Shown piece by piece: positions 39,827 to 49,510 of a stretch of 64,000 nt of DNA. This DNA comes from Escherichia coli. GTDB lineage: Bacteria > Pseudomonadota > Gammaproteobacteria > Enterobacterales > Enterobacteriaceae. The stretch lies in NCBI RefSeq assembly GCF_030013205.1, contig NZ_CP122648.1; one strand, written 5' to 3'. The notes beneath the pieces were generated by a model that saw nothing but the letters and a program-made list of their open reading frames with translations, made no database searches and was not told the origin of the DNA. Within the stretch, counting starts at the first letter, position 1. Each line of letters opens with the position of its first letter. The translations under genes were made by a program, and so were the position numbers.

Positions 39827-41866
39827 ATGTCAGGTAATCAGATGCCAGTTCTGACGCTGGACGTTAATGAAGAACACCTCAAACGGCTTGAGGCAATTTT
39901 TGAAAAGTATCGCAACGGGCTGATGATCGGCCCTGCCGGAACGCCGATGAAAATACCGGGGCAAAGTGGGCGCAGCGTGGGGGCAGGCTTACCCGTGGCG
40001 GCAAAATCTGGTCGGACAGGACCGGATGTATCCGGGAGAGTGAGGGACGAAAAAGGGCGCTTTGTCGGCAGCGGAAAAACAGCAGATTCGTTCGTAAGCA
40101 ACTATAAAGGTCGCGGCGAAACGATGTTTGATAAGTATCTCAGCGGGCTGGGGAAAAATGCCCAACAGACGCTGAAAACTTACAAGCAGATCAATTCTAC
40201 ACTACAGACGACCACTTCAAGATTAAACAACCTGTTTAAAACAACCGTATCGTGGGGAACAAAACTCTCGGTTATGGGCGTTGCCGGACCGTTTGGCTTT
40301 GGCATGATGTCCCGTAGTGTTGTAGAGAAACAGAAAAATGCAGATGAGCTGGTGGCAACGCCAGGAGAGTTAAAGGCGGCAGAAAGCACTTATTCGCCTT
40401 ATTTTTCCGGTGTTGGCAATGTGCTCAATACACTGGCAGCAGCACAAAATGATATATCGCATCCTGCCCGCGTCGGCCTGCTTAATCTGGGGCTAAATCC
40501 TGATAAAAACGCGACTGAAAACCTGCCTGTATTCCTGAAAAAGGTTGCAGAGCTGGCAAAGGAATATCAGGGAAGTGGTCTTACCCAGAGCATGCTCAGG
40601 GGAAGAGGGCTTGGATGGGTAAATTTTGGTCTTACTAACCAGTTAGTCAAATATCAGGACAAAATACCTGAACTCAACAAAGAGTTTTCGTTACGTGCAG
40701 CGCAGAATGATTCGTTACTGACCTCTGCACATACAAGTAAATATCAGAATATTACCAGTAACCTGGAAAAAAACTGGGATCGGCTTACCAGCGGATTTCA
40801 GGGAGCAATGGCGGGGAATGAAGACGCTTTAATCAGAATGTCTGATGGTGCCACGAATGCTGCCCTGAATTTCATGAATGGTGAGAACTTTAAAAGGATT
40901 CTGACGGATGTAGAAACGGGGCTGGATAAACTTGGTAAGTACGTAAATGGCCCGGATTTTAATAACGACCTGAACAATTTTGCCGAAAACGTTGCAAAGG
41001 TTGTTAAGGCACTTAGCGGGTTTGTTGGTTTTGCGGTTGAACATCCCTGGCTTTTTGGGGCCGCAGTACTTGCTGGACCATCGAGAGTTGGTGCTGTGGC
41101 AGCCACAACGACCGGAGTTGCCGCCCGTGTTGTTGGTGGAAGTCTTCTTGGGGCTACAGCCGGAACAGTAGCTGGATTGGCTATTCCTACAAATGACACA
41201 CCTACCACCAGTGAGGAAATGAAAGGGCTGGAGGGGCGTTTCAACTTTGATTATTTTAACGAAGTGCAGGAGTGGCAAAAAAACAATCCGGGTAAGGTCT
41301 GGCCTGGAGGATTGCAGGGATTTTCAAATCAAGTAAACAGATCTGCATATTTATCCAGAGGGATCAGGAATAACAATCCCGGAAATCTTAATTTCGCAGG
41401 ACAAAAAGGGGCTACCCTGGAATCGGGGCCAAATGCCCGTTTTGCCAGCTTCCCGACGATGCTGGAAGGCATTGCCGCCTTAGATCGGCAGGTAATGCTA
41501 TACCTGAAACGCGGCAAAAATACGATTGATCAGATTATTGATATTTATGCCCCTTCATCTGATGGAAATAACACATCGTCCTATAAAAGCTATCTCTCTC
41601 AGTACACCGGATTAGGTGTTAAGGAGAAAATCGATGGTTCTAATTTTGAGGTCATGAAAAAGCTAATTCAGGGCATTATTAACCATGAAAATGGTGCTGC
41701 CGCTAAAGCTGTAAGTGTTGAAGATGTGATCCGGGCGCTGGCTATGAATCGTGGGATTGTCCCTGCAGCAGGAAACAATGATCAGAACGTTAAGTTGGAA
41801 ATTGTTCGGAACGCTGGTGCCGATTACTTCGCGCAACTAATTGGTGCTCAACGGTTCCTGGGATGA
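39827..41866 (+). CDS. large hypothetical protein (679 aa) with glycine-rich hydrophobic segment, tape-measure-like
   Basis: AGGAG RBS; central segment AVLAGPSRVGAVAATTTGVAARVVGGSLLGATAGTVAGLAI; function not assignable from sequence. Confidence 0.7.
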   Translation: MSGNQMPVLTLDVNEEHLKRLEAIFEKYRNGLMIGPAGTPMKIPGQSGRSVGAGLPVAAKSGRTGPDVSGRVRDEKGRFVGSGKTADSFVSNYKGRGETMFDKYLSGLGKNAQQTLKTYKQINSTLQTTTSRLNNLFKTTVSWGTKLSVMGVAGPFGFGMMSRSVVEKQKNADELVATPGELKAAESTYSPYFSGVGNVLNTLAAAQNDISHPARVGLLNLGLNPDKNATENLPVFLKKVAELAKEYQGSGLTQSMLRGRGLGWVNFGLTNQLVKYQDKIPELNKEFSLRAAQNDSLLTSAHTSKYQNITSNLEKNWDRLTSGFQGAMAGNEDALIRMSDGATNAALNFMNGENFKRILTDVETGLDKLGKYVNGPDFNNDLNNFAENVAKVVKALSGFVGFAVEHPWLFGAAVLAGPSRVGAVAATTTGVAARVVGGSLLGATAGTVAGLAIPTNDTPTTSEEMKGLEGRFNFDYFNEVQEWQKNNPGKVWPGGLQGFSNQVNRSAYLSRGIRNNNPGNLNFAGQKGATLESGPNARFASFPTMLEGIAALDRQVMLYLKRGKNTIDQIIDIYAPSSDGNNTSSYKSYLSQYTGLGVKEKIDGSNFEVMKKLIQGIINHENGAAAKAVSVEDVIRALAMNRGIVPAAGNNDQNVKLEIVRNAGADYFAQLIGAQRFLG

Positions 41867-41917
41867 TTTAAATACACGCGCTTTCCGGCGCATTAATACA
41901 GTCTGAGGGGAAGTGTC

Positions 41918-42445
41918 ATGTTTATGAGCAAGGCAGAATATGCCAAACACAAAGGCGTAAGCCGCCAGACAGTTTACGACTGGATCGAGAAAGGCGAAGT
42001 GATCATGTCTGGCAAAAAAATTGATGTGGAAGCGACAGAGCAGCGGAACAGCCCACCAGCACAGGGAAAAGATACCGTTTCTGAAATGTGGCCAGAGAGA
42101 ACGCTGGAAATGACGTGGGGCGAGTTCTGGAAAGCAGTTAAGGCCAGAGACGGTAAAATCCCTGCACCAGTAACGGACAATGACATACAGCAGCGTGTAC
42201 AGGATGCAGCCGGGGAACTATGCTGTGAAGTGCAATTTCTTGATGATGGTGCTATCTGCCTTGAGGATTATGCTGGGCAATATTACTTTGAGCAGTATGA
42301 TTTTCGGGAAAATGCCAGGCTGGCAATTCGTATGCTGCGTTGTGAGCTCTGCTATGTTGCAGGTGATTGTCCCGATGAGCTGGATAACTGGAGTGAAGCC
42401 GGACTAAACGCCCTGGCTGAGTGGGAAAAATCAGGCCATCAATGA
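41918..42445 (+). CDS. HTH protein resembling terminase small subunit Nu1 N-terminus
   Basis: N-terminal KAEYAKHKGVSRQTVYDWIEKGEV resembles the lambda Nu1 winged-HTH region; GAGGGGA RBS; 175 aa. Confidence 0.55.
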   Translation: MFMSKAEYAKHKGVSRQTVYDWIEKGEVIMSGKKIDVEATEQRNSPPAQGKDTVSEMWPERTLEMTWGEFWKAVKARDGKIPAPVTDNDIQQRVQDAAGELCCEVQFLDDGAICLEDYAGQYYFEQYDFRENARLAIRMLRCELCYVAGDCPDELDNWSEAGLNALAEWEKSGHQ

Positions 42446-42451
42446 CCTCAA

Positions 42452-42732
42452 AAAGTGTCAAGTTGAGCAGCTTGCCAGGTTGACACTTTACACTCTGAAC
42501 GCGAAAAAGTGTCAACCTCGCTGTAAGCCCCGCCATTACTGGCCTTTCGCCAGATTTACCACGTCAAAAAGCCGAAAAAATCGCGAAAAGTGTCAAGTTG
42601 CCATGCTTAGAAATGCTAAGGTTTGATAAGGTTTTTCGCGAAAAAGTGTCAAGTGTGTCAACCTGCGATGTTAAGATTTGTTAAGGTCTTAAGCCGGAAA
42701 GTGTCAACCAGCCCCCTAAGATTTCCTAAGGT
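42452..42732. repeat. array of AAAGTGTCAA direct/inverted repeats interleaved with TAAGATTT-nn-TAAGGT motifs
   Basis: AAAGTGTCAA at 42452, 42506, 42587, 42643, 42698; inverted copy 42480-42489; TAAGATTTnnTAAGGT at 42673 and 42717. Confidence 0.75.
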
Positions 42733-42739
42733 GTAAACC

Positions 42740-42919
42740 ATGACCATCACCGAAGCCGATTTGCTGGAGATGATCCGCAGCATTGCCGGAATCAAACAAC
42801 CAGCAAGCAAAATTAACAGGTGTTCAGCGCCTGTTTCCGTTGTGCTGCAGCAGGAACGCCACCAGCATGATGATGTGAGGCCGTATCAGTGGCGGAAACC
42901 GGACAGGCCGCGACGGTGA
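42740..42919 (+). CDS. hypothetical small ORF (59 aa)
   Basis: ATG after an AAGGTG RBS just downstream of the repeat array; below the ORF-track size cutoff. Confidence 0.3.
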   Translation: MTITEADLLEMIRSIAGIKQPASKINRCSAPVSVVLQQERHQHDDVRPYQWRKPDRPRR

Positions 42920-43385
42920 GCGGAACGTTCGGTAAGGCTACAGCCAAGCCAAACATTAAGCCTACGGGTAACCCTTCGAAGGGGCTTTAAAGGGGAGATG
43001 ATTATCCTTACCAGTTGATAAACAAGCAAACCTCAAATTTGAGGTTTGTATCTGCCTGACTTATTTTTGTGCTAAGTTGTTGATATATCCGACGACACAA
43101 ATTTGCGTTCTGTGGCTGGTGGTGGCGAGTTACGACCGATCATTTCCTTCCTGGCAGGTTACATCCTGCTGCTCAACTACTACGGTAGCCACTACGATTA
43201 ACTACGCGATGCCGATATGGGGATTCCCATATCGGTTTATCCGTGATCATCCACCAGCTTGATCACGGTTAACAGGGGATGTGTAATCCCCAAGCGAGTG
43301 ATAAATGTGTATAGAAATGTGTATAGAATTTATTTTAGAACTCGCGAATGCGCCTTTATTACTGGCCTTGTGGCTTGTTGTATTG

Positions 43386-43403
43386 TTCCCTTCGCCCGCT
43401 CCA
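43386..43403 (+). repeat. att direct repeat (18-bp copy of the glyU 3' end) at the island 1 / island 2 junction
   Basis: TTCCCTTCGCCCGCTCCA is identical to tRNA positions 29148-29165. Confidence 0.85.
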
Positions 43404-43900
43404 GAATCTCCCCAGGTGGAGAAGACTAAAAAAGTCTTCTCTGTCAGCAACTTAAACAGTTACCTATTTAATTTGCTTAGGAGTTCTACCATTGTGATCC
43501 GCCCTTAGTAACTGTCACGTTAAGTTACTCGGTGAGATGACAGTATAACCTAACGTTGGCGGCAGTTGCACCTCTCACACCGCGATAGCACAACGTGAAG
43601 ATAAAGCCCATCCTGGCATTGTAATGTCATCGACAGACTGAACACACGCATTTAAGCCCGATGTGCGGCCTTGTGGCTGCGTAAACAGGTTTATGGTGAT
43701 ATTGGTCCTTGCAAACCATATGCAAGCTCTATCAGCGTTTCAGCCACGCTCCCAACGGGTACACGGTTATCCTGATAAGGTGTGATCTTTCTGACAATCT
43801 GATGAAGTCGCTACGCTCCCGCTTGTTGCTGTATCACCAACGGGGCTTTATGGTTTCTATTGTCTATAATAATCTCACAATTCCCCTGCATGAGGTTGAT

Positions 43901-44107
43901 ATGACTGTTAGCTACAAGATTACTTATGAGCATAGAGACGGTGATCAAATTAGAATGGAAGAGGTTTTATTCCATTCAGAGCATGAACCAACAAAAGATG
44001 AAATTCATGATGCAGTAAGAAAAGATACTGTGAGATTTAATTCTCCATCTAATGGAGTAACGGCTGTTTCAGGGTTTAAAGTGATTTCGGTTGTCCCTGT
44101 TCCATGA
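43901..44107 (+). CDS. hypothetical small protein (68 aa)
   Basis: ATG at 43901 after a GAGG RBS; ORF track lists a longer 43709..44107 frame. Confidence 0.5.
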   Translation: MTVSYKITYEHRDGDQIRMEEVLFHSEHEPTKDEIHDAVRKDTVRFNSPSNGVTAVSGFKVISVVPVP

Positions 44108-44140
44108 ATGGTTATAGAAGGGGCTGGAAGCCCCTAATTA

Positions 44141-44461
44141 TTACTTCTTAATATCGCCAGTGCATTGATATTCGATAGTCACAAGTGTTTGCATACAACC
44201 AGATGAAGAAGGTTGTGAACATTGAGAAGTGAATCCACCAAAAGGCTCGGCTCCTGAATATCCCCAAGCGGCACAACGCGCTTTGGCTGCATTCATGCCT
44301 TGTTGTGGATCTACAACAGGACTTTCAAACATACCGTAAGAATAACTCATCCTAACTGTGCCGTCTGATTTGCTTCCACCAGTTGGAACGAGTTGTTTTT
44401 TTGTTGCACATCCAGAAATAATCAATGTTGAAGCAAGTAACAGCATTAAACTTTTGCGCAT
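44141..44461 (-). CDS. small lipoprotein (106 aa), Cys-rich
   Basis: Signal peptide with lipobox LIISGC; convergent with the upstream gene across a GGGGCT-GGA-AGCCCC hairpin (44117-44131). Confidence 0.7.
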   Translation of the reverse strand: MRKSLMLLLASTLIISGCATKKQLVPTGGSKSDGTVRMSYSYGMFESPVVDPQQGMNAAKARCAAWGYSGAEPFGGFTSQCSQPSSSGCMQTLVTIEYQCTGDIKK

Positions 44462-45113
44462 GTAAATAATCCCAAGAGATAATGGTTATGTATTGATTTA
44501 AAGCGTTTTTAGATTAATGCATTAACTTAGCAAAATTAAGTCTTTTCTGATTGTTTGCAGAGTAAAAATGAGTTGCTTTCGAAATTATTTCGGATGTTTA
44601 TTGTATTACGGTTTTTCAAACCGTCTAACTATTGTCGCTATTGAATGGGCAATAATAGCAAGAGGATTCATTTCGTCATTGGAGGCAACAAAAAGTCGGT
44701 AACTGATAGCTACAACGAATGAAACAATAACGAGAAAGCGGATAGTGCTAAGATGTTTTGAAGATAAATGCATAACGCCCCCTAAATGAATGTGAGGGGG
44801 ATTAAATCATGCAAATTTGTTGTGTGCAATACTGGTAATTTATCCTAATAGTCTACTATTCACCTCAATCTACGTCAACCAATATTTGATGTAGATTTGA
44901 TTTTCTTTTAAAAACAATATGTTGCAATTTGTTGGGTTTTGGGGTTAGGTTGTTTTTTGGACGTTTCCATCAAGTGTAAAGATACGTTTAGCCTTCATAG
45001 TGAGTTCAGTTACTGTCTTTTTCTCTGAAATCGGCGCATACGTGATCATCGCTTAACGAGAAGATCAGCGCCGTCAGGTCCATGCAGCGACAATTCTGAA
45101 ATATCAGGAGGCA

Positions 45114-45665
45114 TTACGCTTCCTGCTCTTTCTTGATACGTTGCACCGTCTGTGTGCTGACACTGAAATCTTTTGCTACGCTCCGAATTGATCCACCATT
45201 CGCGAGAGCGGCAACAATTCCCGCTCGATCAATTGCTTTTCCATTACCACGTTTTGCTATACGCCCAGCTGCCTTAGCTGCGGCGATCCCTTCACGTTGA
45301 CGCTCAAGCATCATTTCACGTTCCATTTGTGCCACTGCTGCAAGCACTGTGAGCATCATATTCCCTGCGGGAGAGTTCTTCCCTGTCTTAAAGTCTTCTT
45401 TATGGAAATGCACAGACACGCCGCGCTCTGTTAATTGCTCAACCGTTGCCAGAAGGTCGGCTGTATTACGGCAAAGGCGATCAATACTGTGAACATGCAA
45501 AACATCACCTTCCCGCACATAGTTCATCATTGCCTCAAACTGTGGGCGCTGGGTATTCTTGCCTGACGCTTTATCTTCAAAGACTTTATCAAGAGCTACT
45601 CCAGCTAATTGACGGTCTGTGTTTTGTTGCACAGTCGATACCCTAATGTATCCAATATTAGCCAT
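45114..45665 (-). CDS. serine recombinase (resolvase/invertase family)
   Basis: 183-aa ORF; N-terminal IGYIRVSTVQQ with catalytic Ser; C-terminal HTH (SIRSVAKDFSVSTQTVQRI). Confidence 0.85.
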   Translation of the reverse strand: MANIGYIRVSTVQQNTDRQLAGVALDKVFEDKASGKNTQRPQFEAMMNYVREGDVLHVHSIDRLCRNTADLLATVEQLTERGVSVHFHKEDFKTGKNSPAGNMMLTVLAAVAQMEREMMLERQREGIAAAKAAGRIAKRGNGKAIDRAGIVAALANGGSIRSVAKDFSVSTQTVQRIKKEQEA

Positions 45666-46166
45666 TTTCTTTATTCCTTCTGTGTTGATTTGTGTGTAGT
45701 GATTATTGATCGTGTTGATTAGGTGTGTAAAGGACTTTTTTCACTACGAAATTCGAAGGTTTTTAGTGTGGTGATTTAGCCTGCTTTATCACTACACGTC
45801 TTGCATGAGAATCATGTAGTTACGTTTTGGTAAAATTAGCAAGCTATTAAATAGTGTGTTTATTTTGAAAAAATAATTTTTTGTTGCATTAAAGAAAACT
45901 TGTTCGACAAATAATAGATTGATTTTTAATCAATAATTTCTGATAGTGCTCTGTAAGCCGCATTACACAAGGCTTTGCGAAAGTGATGTAAAAGTGAAGA
46001 AAGTAAGAATTGCACTTTTAAGCTACTTTTCATTGAATTTTTAGTATGGAATTACACAGGGATTAATCATCAATTACATTGAATTTAAGCCTGTTTTAGA
46101 TGTTTAATTTTGGTAGCAAGAAACACTTTTAGAAGATCATTGCACAGATGTTATGTGATAAATGGA

Positions 46167-46325
46167 TGTAACGATGGGTTACATTCAGCTATCTGAAATA
46201 CTCTCTGTAAGAAATTTGGTAGTAACGATTCGTTACATAGACTAATTATTGAATGTAACGATATTACACATCGGTAGTAACGATACGTTACATCGGCAGA
46301 TGATTGGTTGTAACGAAAGGTTACA
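46167..46325. repeat. five palindromic sites TGTAAC-n5-GTTACA (and GTAACGA-n-TCGTTAC variants)
   Basis: Sites at 46167-46183, 46223-46237, 46254-46268, 46276-46290, 46309-46325 inside a 1.7-kb non-coding AT-rich region. Confidence 0.75.
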
Positions 46326-47357
46326 CAATAAGACTAACATCTATAATACTAATAATAAAACTAACTATTAAACTATATAATATAATTCTTTTTTATCTTT
46401 ATAAGAATAATTATAGGGATACCCGTTAGGGAGTCTAACGACTATCCCTTAATCTATTGGCATTCGCCAGAACCTTGCACAAGTTAGAGTGTTAGTCGTT
46501 AGACTGCTTGTCATAACACATAGTTTTTGTTTGTTGATGTTAGTTAGTAGATCTATGTTCGCTTTCCGCTCACAACGAATATGTAATCTACTATGTGCAA
46601 ATAGCCTACGGCTTGCGTAAGGCTAAATAGTCTTGCGCTGTGCGCAGAACGATAATTAACTAACTACCATCTAACGATCATCAATCATCTAAAATAAATT
46701 TCTTGTGCAATGTTCTTGCGAATGCAATTAGGGTAGCGTTACCCCTTTGGGGATGCTAACGCATAACTATAGATCAACCATCAAACAGACAAAAAAGAAA
46801 AATATGGTTTAAAGATGTTAGGTAGTAGATGAGTTTCTACCGCTTAAATCAAGCCGTAGGCGAGCTAAACGTATATAAGGTAGGGAAACACTTAGCGGTA
46901 ATAGATTAGCTCGTTATAGAGATTCTGAGGAGCTTTACAGGTATTTTATAAGGTGTCTGAAATTAGATTTTATCTACCATCACCTTTTCATATACCTAAC
47001 AAATACAAAATAAGCACCTTAAATAAGCCTCTGGCGAGCTAAACGGTCATTACATAAGGGAATGTATTGTTTTTATCAAAACCTCGTTAGAACGCGTTTT
47101 AGAGCGTTATTAGACAATAATGAAGAATAGCACTACACAGGAGAGCACGAATTGCTAAGACAAATTATAAATTGCTGAAATAGATCGGATTTTTTGCAAA
47201 ATGGTATTGACAAATGTCTCTTTCTGTGCAATAATAGGTATTAGAGGGACAGAAAACATTCTTATCCTCTAAGTAATTAAACCAATGCACCGCACTTTGA
47301 GCCGTCAGGCTGCAAGGTGTCTTTTTCTTTTAACCAAATAGAATAGGAGGTTAATTA

Positions 47358-47540
47358 ATGAAATATTTCACTCCACAGGATGTAGTAGAAGCCTGGAAAC
47401 GTGGTGAGATCAATCGTTTTAAAGTAAGGATGAACAGGAACACAGCGCGACGCTGTGGTTATCCAGAGCGTGAAAAATGTTTTGACGATGCACTAAAAAT
47501 TATTGATGAACTGCGTAAGGCAGAAGTAGAGAAAGAATAA
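47358..47540 (+). CDS. hypothetical small protein (60 aa)
   Basis: Strong AGGAGG RBS; ORF track. Confidence 0.65.
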   Translation: MKYFTPQDVVEAWKRGEINRFKVRMNRNTARRCGYPEREKCFDDALKIIDELRKAEVEKE

Positions 47541-47561
47541 TAACAGGAGAAGGAGAAAACT

Positions 47562-47729
47562 ATGAGCGAAACTAAGAAACCAATTCCGCGCACTTACCTA
47601 CACGTTGACCCTGAAATCTTCAAGGTTTTATTTGCTGAAGCCAAGAAAAGGCAAATTATGGTCAGTGATTTGATGTTAGAAATCATTACTGAAGCAGCAG
47701 AGAACATCAAACAAAAAAAGGGTAAGTGA
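47562..47729 (+). CDS. ribbon-helix-helix-like small protein (55 aa)
   Basis: Manual translation MSETKKPIPRTYLHVDPEIFKVLFAEAKKRQIMVSDLMLEIITEAAENIKQKKGK; GGAGAAGGAG RBS; below the ORF-track cutoff. Confidence 0.55.
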   Translation: MSETKKPIPRTYLHVDPEIFKVLFAEAKKRQIMVSDLMLEIITEAAENIKQKKGK

Positions 47730-47782
47730 TCCTCATTCACTTTAGTAGCGCATTAAGCGTGATTTATAAGGAGATAATTCTA

Positions 47783-48463
47783 ATGTCTAAAATTAAATTG
47801 ATTCGTGAAAAATACCAGTATGTTGATAAACAAACAGGAGAAATTAAAGACAGAACTTTGAATATACCACACTACTTTTGTGAGATTGAATTCATCTACT
47901 CCTCAAATATTGAGGATGGAAAAGCGAAGTTTAGTGCAGAAATGCAAAAATTATATTGCTATGTTTCAGATTGGGAGAAATCAGGGGGGATATGTTTTGA
48001 AACACAAACGAAGTTAAGTAAAGTTTGTGGCTGTAGCCGTAAGACAGTTAATGAATTGATTGGTCTTATGATTAAAATCGGTCTTTTAGAAGAGGTCGGA
48101 GAACGAATCCCAAAACGTCCTTTAAAATTACGTGCGCTACTTCTCACAGATGCACATATTACTCCCCCTGGAGAATCATCACTACCTGATCCTTCTGAGA
48201 AAGAAGACGAATCTAATGAAATATTGAATGTTTCCGAAATCATCCTTGAAGAAGAAACACAAGAGCCAGAGTTCCCTGAGCGGCCCGAAATTTTTACTTG
48301 GCTTCTTTCCCTTGATAAGAAGAAACCACCGCACGAAGAAACAGAAGATTTTGTAAAACGTGCATTAGATTCAAAGAATATCTATCTTGAGAAACAGGCT
48401 TTTCACGATCTGATAATATCTCTAAGAGAAAAAAGTGAAATATACGATTCAATACCATTCTAA
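47783..48463 (+). CDS. winged-HTH protein (226 aa), possible replication initiator or regulator
   Basis: AAGGAG RBS; HTH-like TQTKLSKVCGCSRKTVNELIGLMIKIGLLEE; acidic C-terminal half. Confidence 0.65.
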   Translation: MSKIKLIREKYQYVDKQTGEIKDRTLNIPHYFCEIEFIYSSNIEDGKAKFSAEMQKLYCYVSDWEKSGGICFETQTKLSKVCGCSRKTVNELIGLMIKIGLLEEVGERIPKRPLKLRALLLTDAHITPPGESSLPDPSEKEDESNEILNVSEIILEEETQEPEFPERPEIFTWLLSLDKKKPPHEETEDFVKRALDSKNIYLEKQAFHDLIISLREKSEIYDSIPF

Positions 48464-48472
48464 GGAGAATAA

Positions 48473-48742
48473 ATGACTTATAACATCACTATAGGAAACA
48501 AAACTATTGAAATAACTGAAAGCGGATACAACATTTTAAAAGCTATTTTGGAAATAGAGTTCTCACCGCCGACAGTGGTTAGCTTTTGTAGTTTAGGCGG
48601 CTACAGCGCACAACACGTGAATCATTGGTTAAACCATTTTACATCGTTCGGTGTGCTGGATTATGAAGGGATTAACAGCACTACATTTCGTCTTTTGAAA
48701 TTAAACAAAGATTTTGAATTGTTTATCACAAACAATCAATAA
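48473..48742 (+). CDS. hypothetical protein (89 aa)
   Basis: AAGGAG RBS; ORF track. Confidence 0.6.
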   Translation: MTYNITIGNKTIEITESGYNILKAILEIEFSPPTVVSFCSLGGYSAQHVNHWLNHFTSFGVLDYEGINSTTFRLLKLNKDFELFITNNQ

Positions 48743-48838
48743 CAACAGATCGGGCAATACATATGGCAAATGCATTTATGGCGATATTCATTGTAACAAT
48801 GGTATCAAGTTTTTATAATCCACATAAAAAGAGGGAAA

Positions 48839-49222
48839 ATGGGAAGAAAGAAAAAGAACAACTTAAAACGTATTGAAAAAAACAGTAACTTCAATTCAAC
48901 AAGACAACGTCCACCGACACACACCAATAACGAAATTCCAGGGGAAGAGATAATATTTATTCTTGAAACAGAATCCCCTGAATTAAGCGATGAAGAATTA
49001 GAAATAATCCAGTCAATGCCAGGCGTTTACTTTCGCCCAAGAACAAGAAAACAAACTATCATTTCTGATGGCACTCTGAAACGTTGGCAGCTTTTAGGGT
49101 TTAGCTCCTATCATCATTTTTTGGGATTTAACGCTTTCAATAATTGTGTAGGTGGTGCATCGGAAGTCGATCTGATGGCTCATTTAGAAGATACATTAGC
49201 TTCTAACAAACGTTCTAACTAA
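48839..49222 (+). CDS. hypothetical protein (127 aa)
   Basis: AGAGGG RBS; ORF track. Confidence 0.6.
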   Translation: MGRKKKNNLKRIEKNSNFNSTRQRPPTHTNNEIPGEEIIFILETESPELSDEELEIIQSMPGVYFRPRTRKQTIISDGTLKRWQLLGFSSYHHFLGFNAFNNCVGGASEVDLMAHLEDTLASNKRSN

Positions 49223-49237
49223 TAAAATGATGGGAGT

Positions 49238-49510
49238 ATGTATAAGCGCCCAATGAAAATAATCGAAAAAGGAAAAATAATGATTAACTATCAACTATTA
49301 GAAACAACATTTTTTAAAGAAGCAAAACAACTTGCAGAAGTGTTTATTTCACTGGCTGAACGAGCAAAAGAAGAAAATGATTTTGCCTTGCTTGATGATG
49401 TGCTGGATGACATTGCAACCTATCGTATACCGCTACAGATTGCACTAAACAAGGCTAAACAGATTCAGCAAGAGATGGAATCAGCAGATCAAGGAGAGAT
49501 TGCACAATGA
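49238..49510 (+). CDS. hypothetical protein (90 aa)
   Basis: ORF track; 4-nt overlap with the next gene. Confidence 0.55.
   Translation: MYKRPMKIIEKGKIMINYQLLETTFFKEAKQLAEVFISLAERAKEENDFALLDDVLDDIATYRIPLQIALNKAKQIQQEMESADQGEIAQ

Larger units (their letters stand above)
29166..43403. mobile_element. integrative island 1 (satellite/PICI-like) inserted at the glyU 3' end
   Basis: Bounded by the tRNA 3' end and an 18-bp direct copy at 43386-43403; carries int, alpA, primase, iteron origin; arm-type GTGTATAG repeats near both ends. Confidence 0.8.

Noticed and set aside
42452-42732. Possible CRISPR array
   Set aside because: The repeat unit is only about 10-16 bp, spacing is irregular, an inverted copy is present, and there is no cas gene or leader. 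More consistent with protein-binding sites.
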